A stretch of DNA of 32,000 bases from Paramicrosporidium saccamoebae KSL3. Lineage: Eukaryota > Fungi > Cryptomycota. The notes under the pieces were generated by a model. It searched no databases. It was not told the origin of the DNA and saw only the letters and a program-made list of their open reading frames with translations. The position numbers and the translations under genes were made by a program. The stretch is from NCBI GenBank assembly GCA_002794465.1, contig MTSL01000149.1:12767-44766 (forward strand), written 5' to 3'. Shown here piece after piece: positions 30,395 through 32,000 of this stretch. The stretch's first letter is position 1, and the number at the start of each line of letters is the position of its first letter.

Positions 30395-31912
30395 ATGGAA
30401 TCGGCTAGCCACACGTCATTGAGCATCACAAGCATTGACATGAGCGTGGCAGGCAAGACACCACCAAGAAAAGTAGACATTCCGACGACCAAGTCGCAGG
30501 ATGAATTGGAAGATGTTGAACTGGACGCGAGATTGGAGGTAGAAGGTGATGGAGAGAGGGAGATGATGAGAGAGATGAGGAGGGAGATGAGGAGAGAGAT
30601 GAAGAGGGAGGAGACTGATGTAATGCCCGAGCATGCCCCGCTAGCCTTGCGCTCCAAAATGACAAACGGCTTTATTTTCAATTGGATTAACACGAACCAA
30701 GAATTCCTGCGCGTTGTGGAGGGATGCCAGCGCGCTATTGACCGCAACACTTATCCCTTGAGGATTGGGCAGGGCAGCTCCGGCTCTTATTTTGTTCGCG
30801 ACGAGTCTGAAAAGATTGTTGGCGTATTCAAACCCAAAGACGAGGAGCCTTACGGACATTTAAACCCAAAATGGATCAAATGGCTGCATAGAACCTGCTG
30901 TCCTTGCCTGTTCGGACGGTCATTTTTGGTACCAAACATTGGTTACATTTCAGAGGCAGCGGCCAGCATGGTGGATAGTTTTCTGGGCCTTAATATGGTG
31001 CCTCGTACACAGATTGCTCGTCTGAGATCCTCGGCGTTTGTGTTCCCATGGTGGGAACATGTACGGATATGGAGAGAACGACATGAGAATCCCGTGTCGA
31101 GATACCCACACAAACTGGGATCGTTTCAGTTGTTTGTTGAAGGATTTGAAGATTCTTCGACAGTGATTAGCAAGTTGAACGAACTAAGGCCGCTGGAGCC
31201 TGAATTGCGAACGGCATTCCAGGCGGAATTTGAAAAGATGACCATTCTAGACTATGCCATTCGGAATACGGATCGATCTCTAGATAATTGGCTAATCCAT
31301 CTTTCCTGGACAGAAAATCCCAATGTTTCCACACAGGCAAGACATCCATTGAGCGCTTCAGCCGCCCAAAGTACGGCTGAATTGCACCAAACACACAAAA
31401 CAGAAAGCGCACCGGATCTGCTTCGCCCGAAAACACCCCGACTACTTCCATGTGTCAAGATTGCGTGTATCGATAATGGTCTGGCATTCCCTTTCAAGCA
31501 TCCCCATGAAGTAAGGTCTTATCCATACAGTTGGGTTCACCTCCCCGAGGCCCAAACCCCCTACTCTTTGGAGCTGCGCACCAGTCTTTTGGAGAAGCTT
31601 GCTGACACTGCCTCCTGGGATCTCCTCATCAGCCAGCTCCGTCAAATCTTTGAGATTGACTCGGACTTTAATGAGCGCATCTTTAAGAAGCAAATGGCGA
31701 TCCTCAGAGGACAGTTGTACAATATTGTGCAGGCGCTACGGGAGGGGGAGAGTCCTGCGCGACTGGTGGAGAGGCCGCTGATGCTAATTGAAGAGGAAGA
31801 TGAACCAGAGTTGAGCGAAGAGGGATTTGAAGCAGCCCACACGAGGACAGCACCAAGGAAGAGACACCGACACACTCCCGTAACGGAAAAGCCGCTGTTG
31901 ACTTGTTGGTAA
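30395..31912 (+). CDS. Phosphatidylinositol 4-kinase type II (Lsb6/PI4K2)
   Basis: RIGQGSSGSYF, VFKPKDEEPYGHLNPKW, palmitoylation motif CCPC, NTDRSLDNW, IDNGLAFPFKHP and terminal LLTCW. The upstream in-frame ATG 30305 lies inside an apparent 41-nt intron (30298-30338). Confidence 0.93.
   Translation: MESASHTSLSITSIDMSVAGKTPPRKVDIPTTKSQDELEDVELDARLEVEGDGEREMMREMRREMRREMKREETDVMPEHAPLALRSKMTNGFIFNWINTNQEFLRVVEGCQRAIDRNTYPLRIGQGSSGSYFVRDESEKIVGVFKPKDEEPYGHLNPKWIKWLHRTCCPCLFGRSFLVPNIGYISEAAASMVDSFLGLNMVPRTQIARLRSSAFVFPWWEHVRIWRERHENPVSRYPHKLGSFQLFVEGFEDSSTVISKLNELRPLEPELRTAFQAEFEKMTILDYAIRNTDRSLDNWLIHLSWTENPNVSTQARHPLSASAAQSTAELHQTHKTESAPDLLRPKTPRLLPCVKIACIDNGLAFPFKHPHEVRSYPYSWVHLPEAQTPYSLELRTSLLEKLADTASWDLLISQLRQIFEIDSDFNERIFKKQMAILRGQLYNIVQALREGESPARLVERPLMLIEEEDEPELSEEGFEAAHTRTAPRKRHRHTPVTEKPLLTCW
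30560..30607 (+). repeat. Coding 12-bp tandem repeat x4 (EMMR EMRR EMRR EMKR)
   Basis: GAGATGATGAGA GAGATGAGGAGG GAGATGAGGAGA GAGATGAAGAGG. Confidence 0.85.
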
Positions 31913-32000
31913 GATACACACTGCTTATAATTATAATACACTGGTTGCATCTGGATTAACATAAAGTAAGAGATGGTGAACAGTCTATAGTCTATAGTTG

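Overview
Gene-dense eukaryotic window: 17 complete protein-coding genes, a possible gene tail at the left edge and one intron-encoded RNA. The ORF track is fragmented because genes are split by ultra-short spliceosomal introns. I mapped 29 introns of 28-36 nt that restore frame and family similarity, including one GC-AG intron and two with AAG acceptors. Gene order: SMU1(-), RFC1(+), UBC12(+), SF3B3/RSE1(+), NMD3(-), FANCJ-like helicase(-), HAL/NPR-type kinase(+), UTP23(-), snoRNA host(+), RVB1(-), two orphans(+), VPS34(-), UGDH(-), PQ-loop/Any1-like(-), Canopy-like(+), GPI8(+), SERINC(+), USE1(-), PI4K type II(+). The tiny introns, some intergenic gaps of only 13-90 nt and a fungal-type kinase suggest a compact early-diverging fungal relative (Rozellomycota, Paramicrosporidium-like); this is inference. 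Best find: a 160-nt intron (16532-16691), about five times the local norm, in an essentially non-coding transcript head-to-head with UTP23. It holds a complete box C/D snoRNA whose D' guide points, by the +5 rule, at the LSU rRNA G equivalent to yeast G2395 (snR190/SNORD12-like). Other leads: an in-frame uORF separated from the kinase by one UGA, a membrane-anchored KKxx Canopy protein, a hidden dileucine-bearing last exon of the PQ-loop gene, a DFS-type VPS34, and several structured or repeated intergenic elements. Family assignments come from recalled motifs, not database searches.
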